This document shows, in pieces, positions 1 through 7,842 of a DNA stretch of 42,404 nt; positions within the stretch are counted from its first letter, which is position 1, and every line of letters starts with the position of its first letter. The position numbers and the translations under genes were made by a program. Source of the stretch: Verrucomicrobiota bacterium (GTDB lineage: Bacteria > Verrucomicrobiota > Verrucomicrobiia > Chthoniobacterales > JAFAMB01). The DNA is taken from assembly GCA_019237325.1 (NCBI GenBank), contig JAFAHI010000083.1, positions 1 to 42,404 on the forward strand, given 5' to 3'. The notes under the pieces were generated by a model. It was given only the letters and a program-made list of their open reading frames with translations, had not been told where the DNA came from and made no database searches.

Positions 1-840
1 ATCCCCGACCTGGACTTCATGTTGCATGCGGTTTTCCAGTTCCCCTTGGGAGTTTTTCAGAAATGAGATCGGTGAGTCATACTTCGGGTCAATCAAGCGA
101 TCAACCTGGATCACCTGGGCAGTCAGGTTATCGTCCGTAGACCGCCTTTCCGCCAAGGAAATCAGATAAGGACAGATCTCGTCCATATTCAACCGATCGA
201 CTCCCTCAGAGATTTCACCGTCGTTGACGAAGCAATAAAGGCCGTCCGTGCACAGGAGGATGCGATCGCGCGACATCAATTTGATCCGCTTGAAATCGCA
301 TCGCACTACCGGTTCATGTCCGACCGTACGGGTTAACATCGAACGCAACTCGCTGGCCCGGGCTTCGTGCTCGGTGATCAACCGCAATTTCAATTGGAGA
401 CCGGTGTAAGAATGATCATCCGTCAATCTCTTGATCTGTTCGTTTCTGATCAAATAGGCGCGTGAATCGCCAACGTGACCAATCGCCAGCTCTTTGTCGC
501 GAAAGATGCAGACTGTTAAAGTTGTGGCCATCCGCCCACCCTTCGGATTTTCCATGCCTGACTCGTAGATCGCCAGGTTCGCCCGCTGGAAAATCTCTCG
601 TAGGACCTGTTTGGTGGTAAGCGAAGAATTGGCTTGGCGGAAAACCTCCAGCGCGACATGCACCGCAAGCTGGCTGGCGACATCGCCGTTGCTTTGGCCA
701 CCAACACCATCAGCAATGATGGCCACCGAGCCGTGCTGGCGGCGGACCTGGTCGTCAGCAGGTTCCCAGAAGTCGACCGCGTCTTCATTGCGATCTCGCT
801 TTGGGCCGGGGGAAGAGAGCGAGAATTGGCTTAGTCGCAT
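1..840 (-). CDS. PP2C-family Ser/Thr protein phosphatase, 3'-partial (runs off window; possibly fused to a further domain)
   Basis: Not in ORF track. My translation from ATG at 840: MRLSQFSLSSPGPKRDRNEDA...IIADGVGG...MATTLT...GHVGDSRAY...LTDDHS...LLCTDGL...TDDNLT, all PP2C motifs; frame stays open to base 1. Confidence 0.9.
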   Translation of the reverse strand, partial: MRLSQFSLSSPGPKRDRNEDAVDFWEPADDQVRRQHGSVAIIADGVGGQSNGDVASQLAVHVALEVFRQANSSLTTKQVLREIFQRANLAIYESGMENPKGGRMATTLTVCIFRDKELAIGHVGDSRAYLIRNEQIKRLTDDHSYTGLQLKLRLITEHEARASELRSMLTRTVGHEPVVRCDFKRIKLMSRDRILLCTDGLYCFVNDGEISEGVDRLNMDEICPYLISLAERRSTDDNLTAQVIQVDRLIDPKYDSPISFLKNSQGELENRMQHEVQVGD

Positions 841-912
841 CGGACAATCAGATAGCCTAGATCGCCCACAATTCGTCAACGATTAATAAGCGGAGTCAAG
901 CTACGCAGGCTT

Positions 913-953
913 CTAGGACCGGGGTAACCTTGCCTAGGGTACCCCGGTCCTAC
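913..953. repeat. REP-like hairpin with GTAG foot
   Basis: TAGGACCGGGGTA-ACCTTGCCTAGGG-TACCCCGGTCCTA(CC); minus strand begins GGTAGG. Confidence 0.6.
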
Positions 954-1039
954 CAAAACCTCACGCTCGCTGGAGAGAGCACGTGTTGTGCCAGGGATGG
1001 CGTATCGGCGTTTGGCGTATCGGCGTTCGCGGGTGCCTT

Positions 1040-1203
1040 CTCGTGCTCGTACTCGTCGTCGTCCTCGTCCTCGACTGTCTTACGCGTTCCAGTCGCGACG
1101 GGACGATAAAGCATAGGGTAAATGAGAACGGGAGACTGTTGTTCGGGCTTAGGAGTGGCACCGTATTGTCGAGGACGAGGACGACGACGAGTACGAGGAC
1201 GAG
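1040..1203. repeat. Inverted-repeat element with (CTCGTN)n arms
   Basis: 1040-1075 CTCGTGCTCGTACTCGTCGTCGTCCTCGTCCTCGAC is a near-perfect reverse complement of 1168-1203. Confidence 0.85.
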
Positions 1204-1301
1204 TAGGATTGCCTCCTTTCGCTTCGTTTTCTTGTCACCCTGCCAACCCGCTTGAACTCCGGTCCTAGCCCGCTGATGGTAGAAACAGACAGGATTGTAT
1301 A

Positions 1302-2282
1302 ATGGACTCTCTCGACACGACCTTCACTGAATCGTTGCTTCAGGAGCGTGATTCCTGGGCAAGACCAGAACTGGATTGGGTAAAGGCCATTGCGGTCAAC
1401 AAAAGCGCGGTCGAACGTCGGGTCTCAACGTTAGCCGGCAGGCGCACGGTCAAGAAGGAATGGCAAGCGGCGTGGCTGTTAAAAGCAATTACCTGTATCG
1501 ATCTAACCACATTGTCTGGAGATGACACCGAAGGCAAAGTGCATCGCCTCTGCGCCAAGGCCAAATCTCCGGTCAGAGCAGATCTCCTGGAAGCTCTGGG
1601 CGTTACCGGTATTACGGTCGGTGCGGTGTGCGTTTACCCAACGATGGTCGCACACGCGGTACGCGCTTTGAACGGCAGCAACATCCCGGTTGCGTCAGTC
1701 GCCACTGGTTTTCCTAGCGGGTTGATGCCGATGACACAACGGTTGGAAGAAATCCGGTATGCGGTCGATCAGGGTGCTGCCGAGATCGACATGGTGATCA
1801 CCCGGGAACTCGTGCTAACCGGGAGGTGGGATGAGCTTTTTGATGAAGTTGCGGCGTGCAAAGACGCGTGTGGCCGGGCGCACCTGAAGGTCATTCTGGC
1901 TACGGGCGAGCTCGCTACCCTGCGTAATGTGGCCCGAGCCAGCATGGTCGCACAGCTAGCCGGTGCTGACTTCATTAAGACCTCTACCGGCAAAGAGACG
2001 GAGAACGCTACTTTGCCGGTTACGTTAACGATGGTCCGCTGTATCCGGCGTTATTATGAATCGAGCGGACGCAAGGTCGGCTTCAAGCCAGCCGGCGGAA
2101 TCCGGTCTGCTAAAGATGCTTTGGCCTGGCAGGTCTTAATGAAAGAGGAACTAGGCCGGGATTGGCTTGAACCCGAATTATTCCGTTTTGGGGCCTCCGG
2201 GCTATTGACCGATATCGAACGCCAGCTCGAGCACTTCGTTACCGGACGTTACTCCGCTAACTATCGCCATCCAGCTGCTTAA
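1302..2282 (+). CDS. deoC: deoxyribose-phosphate aldolase (long, DERA-like form)
   Basis: IDLTTLSGDDT, VASVATGFP, EIDMVI, LKVILATGEL, ADFIKTSTGK, GFKPAGGI, RFGASGLL. Confidence 0.95.
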   Translation: MDSLDTTFTESLLQERDSWARPELDWVKAIAVNKSAVERRVSTLAGRRTVKKEWQAAWLLKAITCIDLTTLSGDDTEGKVHRLCAKAKSPVRADLLEALGVTGITVGAVCVYPTMVAHAVRALNGSNIPVASVATGFPSGLMPMTQRLEEIRYAVDQGAAEIDMVITRELVLTGRWDELFDEVAACKDACGRAHLKVILATGELATLRNVARASMVAQLAGADFIKTSTGKETENATLPVTLTMVRCIRRYYESSGRKVGFKPAGGIRSAKDALAWQVLMKEELGRDWLEPELFRFGASGLLTDIERQLEHFVTGRYSANYRHPAA

Positions 2283-2294
2283 GCACAGAATAAT

Positions 2295-2458
2295 CCACCG
2301 CAGAGACACGGAGGACACAGAGACTTGAGAACTGAACCGCAGATGAACGGAAATCTACGCAGATGGTTTGATCTGCTGGTTGCAGCTGACCAAATGAATG
2401 CGGCCCAGATCGGTGGATTCCGTTTTCCAATCTCTGTGAGCTCTGTGTCTCTGTGGTG
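2295..2458. repeat. Inverted-repeat element with CACAGAGA-type arms
   Basis: CACCGCAGAGACACGGAGGACACAGAGA ... TCTCTGTGAGCTCTGTGTCTCTGTGGTG. Confidence 0.8.
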
Positions 2459-2471
2459 AGCTTTTGATCCG

Positions 2472-4880
2472 ATGCCTACCGTTAAAGAAATTTTCGCAAC
2501 CATGGAATACGGCCCTGCGCCTGAGAGCCCTGATTTTGTCGATGCGTGGCTGGAAAAACATGGCCGCCGTTTTGGGCATTTTATCAATGGGCGATTCGTA
2601 GACGGAAGCAGCACCTTCGAGGTGATTAACCCGGCGAACAAAGCGGTGATCGCTACGGTCAGCCAGGGAAGTAGCGCCGAGATCGATCAAGCGGTGCAAG
2701 CTGCCGGCGTGGCTTTCGAGCATTGGCGCGCTCTATCTGGTCATGAGCGGGCCCGTTATCTGTACGCAATCGCCCGCCAAGTACAAAAACATTCCCGTCT
2801 TTTCGCCGTGCTCGAGACCATGGATAACGGTAAGCCGATCCGTGAGACCCGGGACATCGATATTCCTTTGGTGGCACGGCATTTTTATCATCATGCCGGC
2901 TGGGCCCAGCTCGCGAGCGAGGTTTTTGAGCATTGCGGTCCTTTAGGCGTCTGCGGTCAGATCATTCCTTGGAACTTTCCGCTCCTGATGTTGGCGTGGA
3001 AAGCCGCCCCCGCATTAGCGGCTGGAAATACCGTGGTACTGAAACCGGCCGAATTCACTCCGCTTTCCGCATTACTCTTTGCGGAAATCACCCAGCAGAT
3101 CGGGTTGCCCGCGGGGGTGTTTAATCTGGTGACCGGAGATGGTCGAACCGGAGAAGCGCTGGTGGAGCACCCTAGGGTGGCCAAAATCGCCTTCACCGGG
3201 TCGACGGAAGTTGGCAGGATCATCCGGCAGAAAACCGCTGGTTCGGGAAAAAAATTGTCGCTCGAGCTTGGCGGCAAATCCCCGTTTATCGTGTTCGAAG
3301 ACGCCGATCTGGATAGCGTCGTGGAAGGCGTTGTCGACGCGATCTGGTTCAACCAAGGGCAAGTCTGTTGCGCGGGAAGCCGGCTGCTGATTCAGGAGAG
3401 CATCGCAGAAACGATGTATGCCAAGCTGCGGAATCGGATGGAGAATCTGCGAGTCGGAAACCCGCTCGATAAAGCCATCGATATCGGCGCGATCGTGGCG
3501 CCCGTCCAACTCCAAAAAATCGAATCACTGGTCCAGCAAGGGACCAAAGAGGGCGCCAGCTGTTGGCAGCCAGGTTGGGCGGTTCCCACCGAGGGGTTAT
3601 TTTATCCTCCGACCCTTTTTACGAATGTCGAACCGGCGGGCACTCTGGCTCAAGTAGAAGTCTTTGGACCTGTCCTGGTCGCCATGACTTTCCGAACCCC
3701 GGCTGAAGCAGTCGAACTTGCCAACAACACACCATACGGGCTGGCCGCATCAATCTGGACTGAGAATGTCAACCTGGCGCTGGATATCGCCCCGAAGATC
3801 AAAGCCGGCGTCGTGTGGGTGAATTGCACGAACGTTTTCGACGGGGCATCCGGCTTTGGCGGCTACCGAGAGAGCGGTTTCGGCCGAGAGGGCGGAGCAG
3901 AAGGAATGTACGAATACCTCCGAGCGAACTGGGAGCACAATCTGCCGGACGCGGAGGAGCCTGAGTTCGTACCGCGAGCGGAGCCGGGTATCAACGCCGA
4001 AAGCCCAGAAAACGCCGGGAACGGTGAAGCGGCAACAATCGATCGGACGCCAAAACTGTATATTGGCGGAAAACAGGCTCGGCCAGATAGCGGTTATAGT
4101 TATCCTGTGTTTGATCCGGCAGGGAAACACCGGGGCGAGGCCGGGTTAGGCAACCGCAAAGACATTCGTAATGCGGTCGAGGCAGCAGCCAAAGCGAGTA
4201 GCTGGGCGAAGTCCGCTGCGCATCTACGGGCTCAAATTCTCTTTTATATCGCCGAAAACCTTCAGGTCCGAGCCCGGGAGTTCGCCAACAGATTGGTCGC
4301 GGACGGCGGCTATTCGGCAGAGTCCGCCGAGCGTGAGGTAACTGCCGCTATCGAGCGAACATTCTACTACGCCTCATGGGCCGATAAATACGATGGCCGA
4401 ATTCATCAAACCCCATTCCGTAATGTGACTTTGGCGATGCCTGAGCCCTGGGGGATCCTGGGGATCGTGTGTCCGGAAACTAATCCGCTGCTCGGTTTCC
4501 TGTCCTTGGTTCTGCCCGCCGTTGCTATGGGAAATGCCGTTGTCGCCGTTCCCTCCGCCAGATATCCACTCGCCGCCACGGATCTTTATCAGGTCTTCGA
4601 TACCAGCGACTTACCCGCTGGAGTCATCAACATCGTAACCGGGAACCAGCTTGAGCTTGCTAAGGTGCTAGCCCAGCATCTCGAGATCGCCGCCCTCTGG
4701 TTCTTCGGGTCAAAATCGGGGAGCGAGATGGTGGAACGTGAGTCAGCCGGTAACCTGAAGGCAACCTGGGTTACCCACGGTAAGGCGCGCGACTGGTCCA
4801 AGCCCGAACAGGCCCAAGGCCAAGAATTCCTGCGGCATGCCACGCAGATAAAGAATATTTGGGTACCCTATGGCGAATAG
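2472..4880 (+). CDS. aldehyde dehydrogenase, two-domain ALDH16-type
   Basis: IIPWNFP, KPAE, FTGSTEVG, LELGGKS, NQGQVCCAGS, EVFGP in the N-half; second degenerate ALDH domain; 802 aa. Confidence 0.92.
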   Translation: MPTVKEIFATMEYGPAPESPDFVDAWLEKHGRRFGHFINGRFVDGSSTFEVINPANKAVIATVSQGSSAEIDQAVQAAGVAFEHWRALSGHERARYLYAIARQVQKHSRLFAVLETMDNGKPIRETRDIDIPLVARHFYHHAGWAQLASEVFEHCGPLGVCGQIIPWNFPLLMLAWKAAPALAAGNTVVLKPAEFTPLSALLFAEITQQIGLPAGVFNLVTGDGRTGEALVEHPRVAKIAFTGSTEVGRIIRQKTAGSGKKLSLELGGKSPFIVFEDADLDSVVEGVVDAIWFNQGQVCCAGSRLLIQESIAETMYAKLRNRMENLRVGNPLDKAIDIGAIVAPVQLQKIESLVQQGTKEGASCWQPGWAVPTEGLFYPPTLFTNVEPAGTLAQVEVFGPVLVAMTFRTPAEAVELANNTPYGLAASIWTENVNLALDIAPKIKAGVVWVNCTNVFDGASGFGGYRESGFGREGGAEGMYEYLRANWEHNLPDAEEPEFVPRAEPGINAESPENAGNGEAATIDRTPKLYIGGKQARPDSGYSYPVFDPAGKHRGEAGLGNRKDIRNAVEAAAKASSWAKSAAHLRAQILFYIAENLQVRAREFANRLVADGGYSAESAEREVTAAIERTFYYASWADKYDGRIHQTPFRNVTLAMPEPWGILGIVCPETNPLLGFLSLVLPAVAMGNAVVAVPSARYPLAATDLYQVFDTSDLPAGVINIVTGNQLELAKVLAQHLEIAALWFFGSKSGSEMVERESAGNLKATWVTHGKARDWSKPEQAQGQEFLRHATQIKNIWVPYGE

Positions 4881-5035
4881 GCGAATGGGCGTGTGGGCGA
4901 CGGGGCGATTTTCAGTCGCGTCTGCAGTGAACATAGTGGACGTAATGGACTGAGTAGACGTAGTGGATGCTCTTCCGCGCCATCGCCCTGTCGCCCATTC
5001 GCCGTTTCGCCCATTCGCCGTTTCGCCCTTTCGCC
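4872..5035. repeat. Inverted octamer arms (GGCGAATG / CATTCGCC) enclosing 9-mer GTGGACGTA repeats
   Basis: Read directly; left arm overlaps the ALDH stop codon. Confidence 0.7.
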
Positions 5036-5115
5036 TCCGGCGCACAAACCGTCACTCGACGCGTGATCGGGGTTGCGCTGTCGTTTGGCTGCGCAACAAT
5101 GAATATAAGATCACT

Positions 5116-5865
5116 GTGAACCCGAAATCTGAACCAGTTTCTGTCGCCGAACACTACCAGAGCCTTTTGGCCGAGCGTTATAGTTGGATGTTTGGTTCGT
5201 TTGAGCAAAAGGCGGCCGAACAAGAGGCCTTGTTCAAGAGATTAAGCCTCCACCACGATCCAAAGGGCCCTGCGCTCGACCTAGGCTGCGGCTCCGGCTT
5301 TCAATCCGTGGCCCTGGCTAGGCTGGGGTTCGAAGTAACCGCCGTTGACTTCAGTGAACGGTTACTACAGGAGCTGACGCAACACACCGGGGCTCTCCCC
5401 ATCACCGCCATGCAGGGCGACCTCCGGCAGCTTGGGCAATTCCCTGACGAATCAAGCCAAGTCGTGGTCTGCATGGGAGATACCCTCACTCATCTGCCGG
5501 CTAAGGCTGATATCCCAGAGCTATTTCGGGCAATTAAGAGGATCCTAAAACCGGGCGGCAAAGTGATCATCAGTTTTCGCGATTTAAACGAGGAACTAAA
5601 GGGTTTGGACCGGTTCATCCCGGTTAAGTCTGATCCGGACCGGATCATGACTTGTGTCTTAGAGTATGAGCCCGAGACAGTCCTGGTTACCGATCTTTTC
5701 TATGAACGGACCCAGTCCGGTTGGTCGTTCCACAGGAGCTCTTATCGCAAAATTCGGATCGCTCCGAGCGCGGTCGCTGAAGAACTCCGCGGCGCCGGCC
5801 TGATGGTGACATTCCGCGATATCATCGCCGGATTTCAGATCCTGGCGGCAGTGAAGGCGGAGTGA
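5116..5865 (+). CDS. class I SAM-dependent methyltransferase
   Basis: LDLGCGSG, VTAVD, CMGDTLTHL, LKPGG; start moved to GTG 5116 because the upstream part of the track ORF is repeat DNA. Confidence 0.88.
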   Translation: MNPKSEPVSVAEHYQSLLAERYSWMFGSFEQKAAEQEALFKRLSLHHDPKGPALDLGCGSGFQSVALARLGFEVTAVDFSERLLQELTQHTGALPITAMQGDLRQLGQFPDESSQVVVCMGDTLTHLPAKADIPELFRAIKRILKPGGKVIISFRDLNEELKGLDRFIPVKSDPDRIMTCVLEYEPETVLVTDLFYERTQSGWSFHRSSYRKIRIAPSAVAEELRGAGLMVTFRDIIAGFQILAAVKAE

Positions 5866-5870
5866 GGGAA

Positions 5871-6070
5871 CGAAACGGCGAATGGGCGAATGGGCGATAC
5901 GGCGAAGTGCCGAGAGAATTGTTCGGCAGTTGCCGGGTGAGCTTGCGAGCCCTAGGAATGGATAAAAAACGCGACTAGCAGCTGAAGGCGCGAAAGAGCT
6001 CGCGTTTTAGCGTGAAACGCTTAATAGGCCGGTTTCGCCGTTTCGCCGTTTCGCCGCTTCGCCGCTTCGC
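5871..6070. repeat. Inverted octamer arms between convergent genes
   Basis: CGAAACGG/CGAATGGG units on the left; (TTTCGCCG)(CTTCGCCG) units at 6033-6070. Confidence 0.7.
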
Positions 6071-6733
6071 CTACTTCTCCATCCAACCGTCCTTAAGCCG
6101 CACGATACGCTTGCCGTAAGACGCGTTCTCTTCCGAGTGGGTTACCTGGACTATCGTGGTGCCTTCGGCATTGAGGCGCTTGAACAGCTCCATGATTTCT
6201 CGTGCTTGGTCGGAATGGAGGTTGCCGGTCGGCTCATCAGCGAGGATCAGTTCCGGTTTTGCCACGATTGCCCGGACAATCGCGACCAATTGTTGTTGGC
6301 CGCCGGACAACTGGCTCGGAAACAGATCGCGTTTACCCACAATATTGAACCGATCTAAGGCGTCACAAACAATCGACTCTCGTTGCGAGTGCGGCACATC
6401 CCGGTAGGACAAGGGTAACTCGATATTCTCGTAGACGGTCAGATCATCCAGAAGATGATAGGACTGAAATACGAACCCGGTGTGCTTCTTGCGGAGGTTT
6501 ACGCGTTCTTTCTGCTTCAATTTATGGACCGGCTGATCGAGTAGATAAAATTCCCCGTCCCATTCCGCGTCATGAAGACCGAGGATGTGCAGAAGCGTGG
6601 ATTTACCTGCCCCAGAGGGTCCCATGACCGACACGAAATCTCCGGGTTCAACCGTCAAGTTGATCTGCCGTAACACGTAATAAAATCCGTTCTTTAACTT
6701 ATAACTTTTCTCGATGTTCTTGAGAGTAATCAT
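6071..6733 (-). CDS. ABC transporter ATP-binding protein (MacB/LolD-like)
   Basis: GPSGAGKST, GFVFQSYHL, LSGGQQQ, LADEPTGNL, VTH. Confidence 0.95.
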   Translation of the reverse strand: MITLKNIEKSYKLKNGFYYVLRQINLTVEPGDFVSVMGPSGAGKSTLLHILGLHDAEWDGEFYLLDQPVHKLKQKERVNLRKKHTGFVFQSYHLLDDLTVYENIELPLSYRDVPHSQRESIVCDALDRFNIVGKRDLFPSQLSGGQQQLVAIVRAIVAKPELILADEPTGNLHSDQAREIMELFKRLNAEGTTIVQVTHSEENASYGKRIVRLKDGWMEK

Positions 6734-6823
6734 TGGGAGTTCGCGGTTCACAGTTGGCGGTTCGCGTTCACCGTCCGCGGTTGGCAGTCATCTGTCATTT
6801 GTCATTTGTTATTTGTTATTTGT

Positions 6824-7575
6824 CATTCTCTTAGCGCTCTAATCGGATCGATCCGCGTCGCTCGTAACGCCGGTAATAGGCATGCCGCCAAGGCGGCTGC
6901 GGCCATGGATCTGTTTTCCGATCGGATCCTGTCCCGGGAAAAAGCGGGCGGCAAACTCGTCACTAACAACGATCACTTTTTCTTTGTCCGGGCCGTCCTG
7001 ATCGTCAAACAGTCGCCCGTGTAACAATGGAATTCCCAATGCATGAAAATAATCCATTGACACGATCTGGCTTTCCGTTAGCAGCTGAGCCACCAATCGG
7101 GAACGATTGGCGCCGAGGGCGGCGCGGATACTGACTTCTCTGAGCCGCTCTTGCGCTCGTGCCAAAAGCAAATTGGCAACATTGGCGCAAGCCACGAGCA
7201 GCAAACAAGCGACGGCGCCTTCTAAGAGCCAAACTGTCGTCGAGTAATCGCTCACCACGCCCTCCAGATAGGGTGTAACCCGAATCCCAAAACCGGCGTC
7301 CGTGGCTGGATATTGAGCGATCAAATTCTGTTGAATCACCTCCAGCTCCACCTGCGCCTGCTGCAGCGTGACACCGGCTCTCAGACGGCCAAGCAATCGT
7401 AATAGAAAGCTCCCCGGCGAATCTTCTTGTTCGGAGCAAAATCCGGATCTTGGTTCGTTGCGATGTAGAGCTCGACTTTAAACCCTTCGTCTGCTTGCCC
7501 TGGCGTGATACCCACGACTTCAAAGCTCCGGGAGTTCAAAACGATGTTGCGGAGATGTGAGATCAAGCCGCGCAT
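6824..7575 (-). pseudogene. internally deleted, frameshifted ABC permease (MacB/ADOP-type)
   Basis: Begins MRGLISHLR like its paralogs and ends AACLLPALRATRIDPIRALRE* at 6824 in another frame; only 752 bp versus ~2.4 kb. Confidence 0.88.
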
Positions 7576-7588
7576 CCAGAGAAGACTG

Positions 7589-7605
7589 ATGCAGCATCCA
7601 TGCCG
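7589..7605 (-). promoter_or_regulatory. sigma54 -24/-12 promoter
   Basis: Minus strand CGGCATGGATGCTGCAT = GG-N10-GC, just upstream of ATG 7575. Confidence 0.6.
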
Positions 7606-7627
7606 TTCGTCAAAACAGGCACGGTAA

Positions 7628-7720
7628 TAGTCTCACACTAAGACACAAAGGCACAAAGAGCTGGGACCCTGCCGCCTGTCGGTTCTTCTTAGTGTCTTTG
7701 TGGCTTTGTGTGAGAACTAG
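7628..7720. repeat. Inverted-repeat element (CACAAAGG-type octamer arms)
   Basis: TCTCACACTAAGACACAAAGGCACAAAG ... CTTAGTGTCTTTGTGGCTTTGTGTGAGA. Confidence 0.8.
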
Positions 7721-7732
7721 TTTTCGAGCCGC

Positions 7733-7769
7733 CGTTTCAAAATGGAAAGGGGCGTCTCAGTTTGAGACG
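7733..7769. promoter_or_regulatory. tandem palindromic activator site (putative UAS)
   Basis: CGTTTCAAAATGGAAAG + CGTCTCAGTTTGAGACG, starts 20 bp apart; matches 24995-25031. Confidence 0.6.
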
Positions 7770-7842
7770 GTCAGCAAAATAAACTCTTCAGAACCTTTGC
7801 GCCTTTGCGGCTTTGCGTGAGATTTTTCTTCCTTTTTCGCGG

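Noticed and set aside
961-1255. ORFs with RTRTTTST / LVLVLVVV tracts
   Set aside because: Translations of CTCGTN repeat arms
4963-5115. N-terminal extensions in the ORF track (also 13736-13819, 16346-16453, 31360-31437)
   Set aside because: They run through repeat elements; paralog or family starts lie downstream
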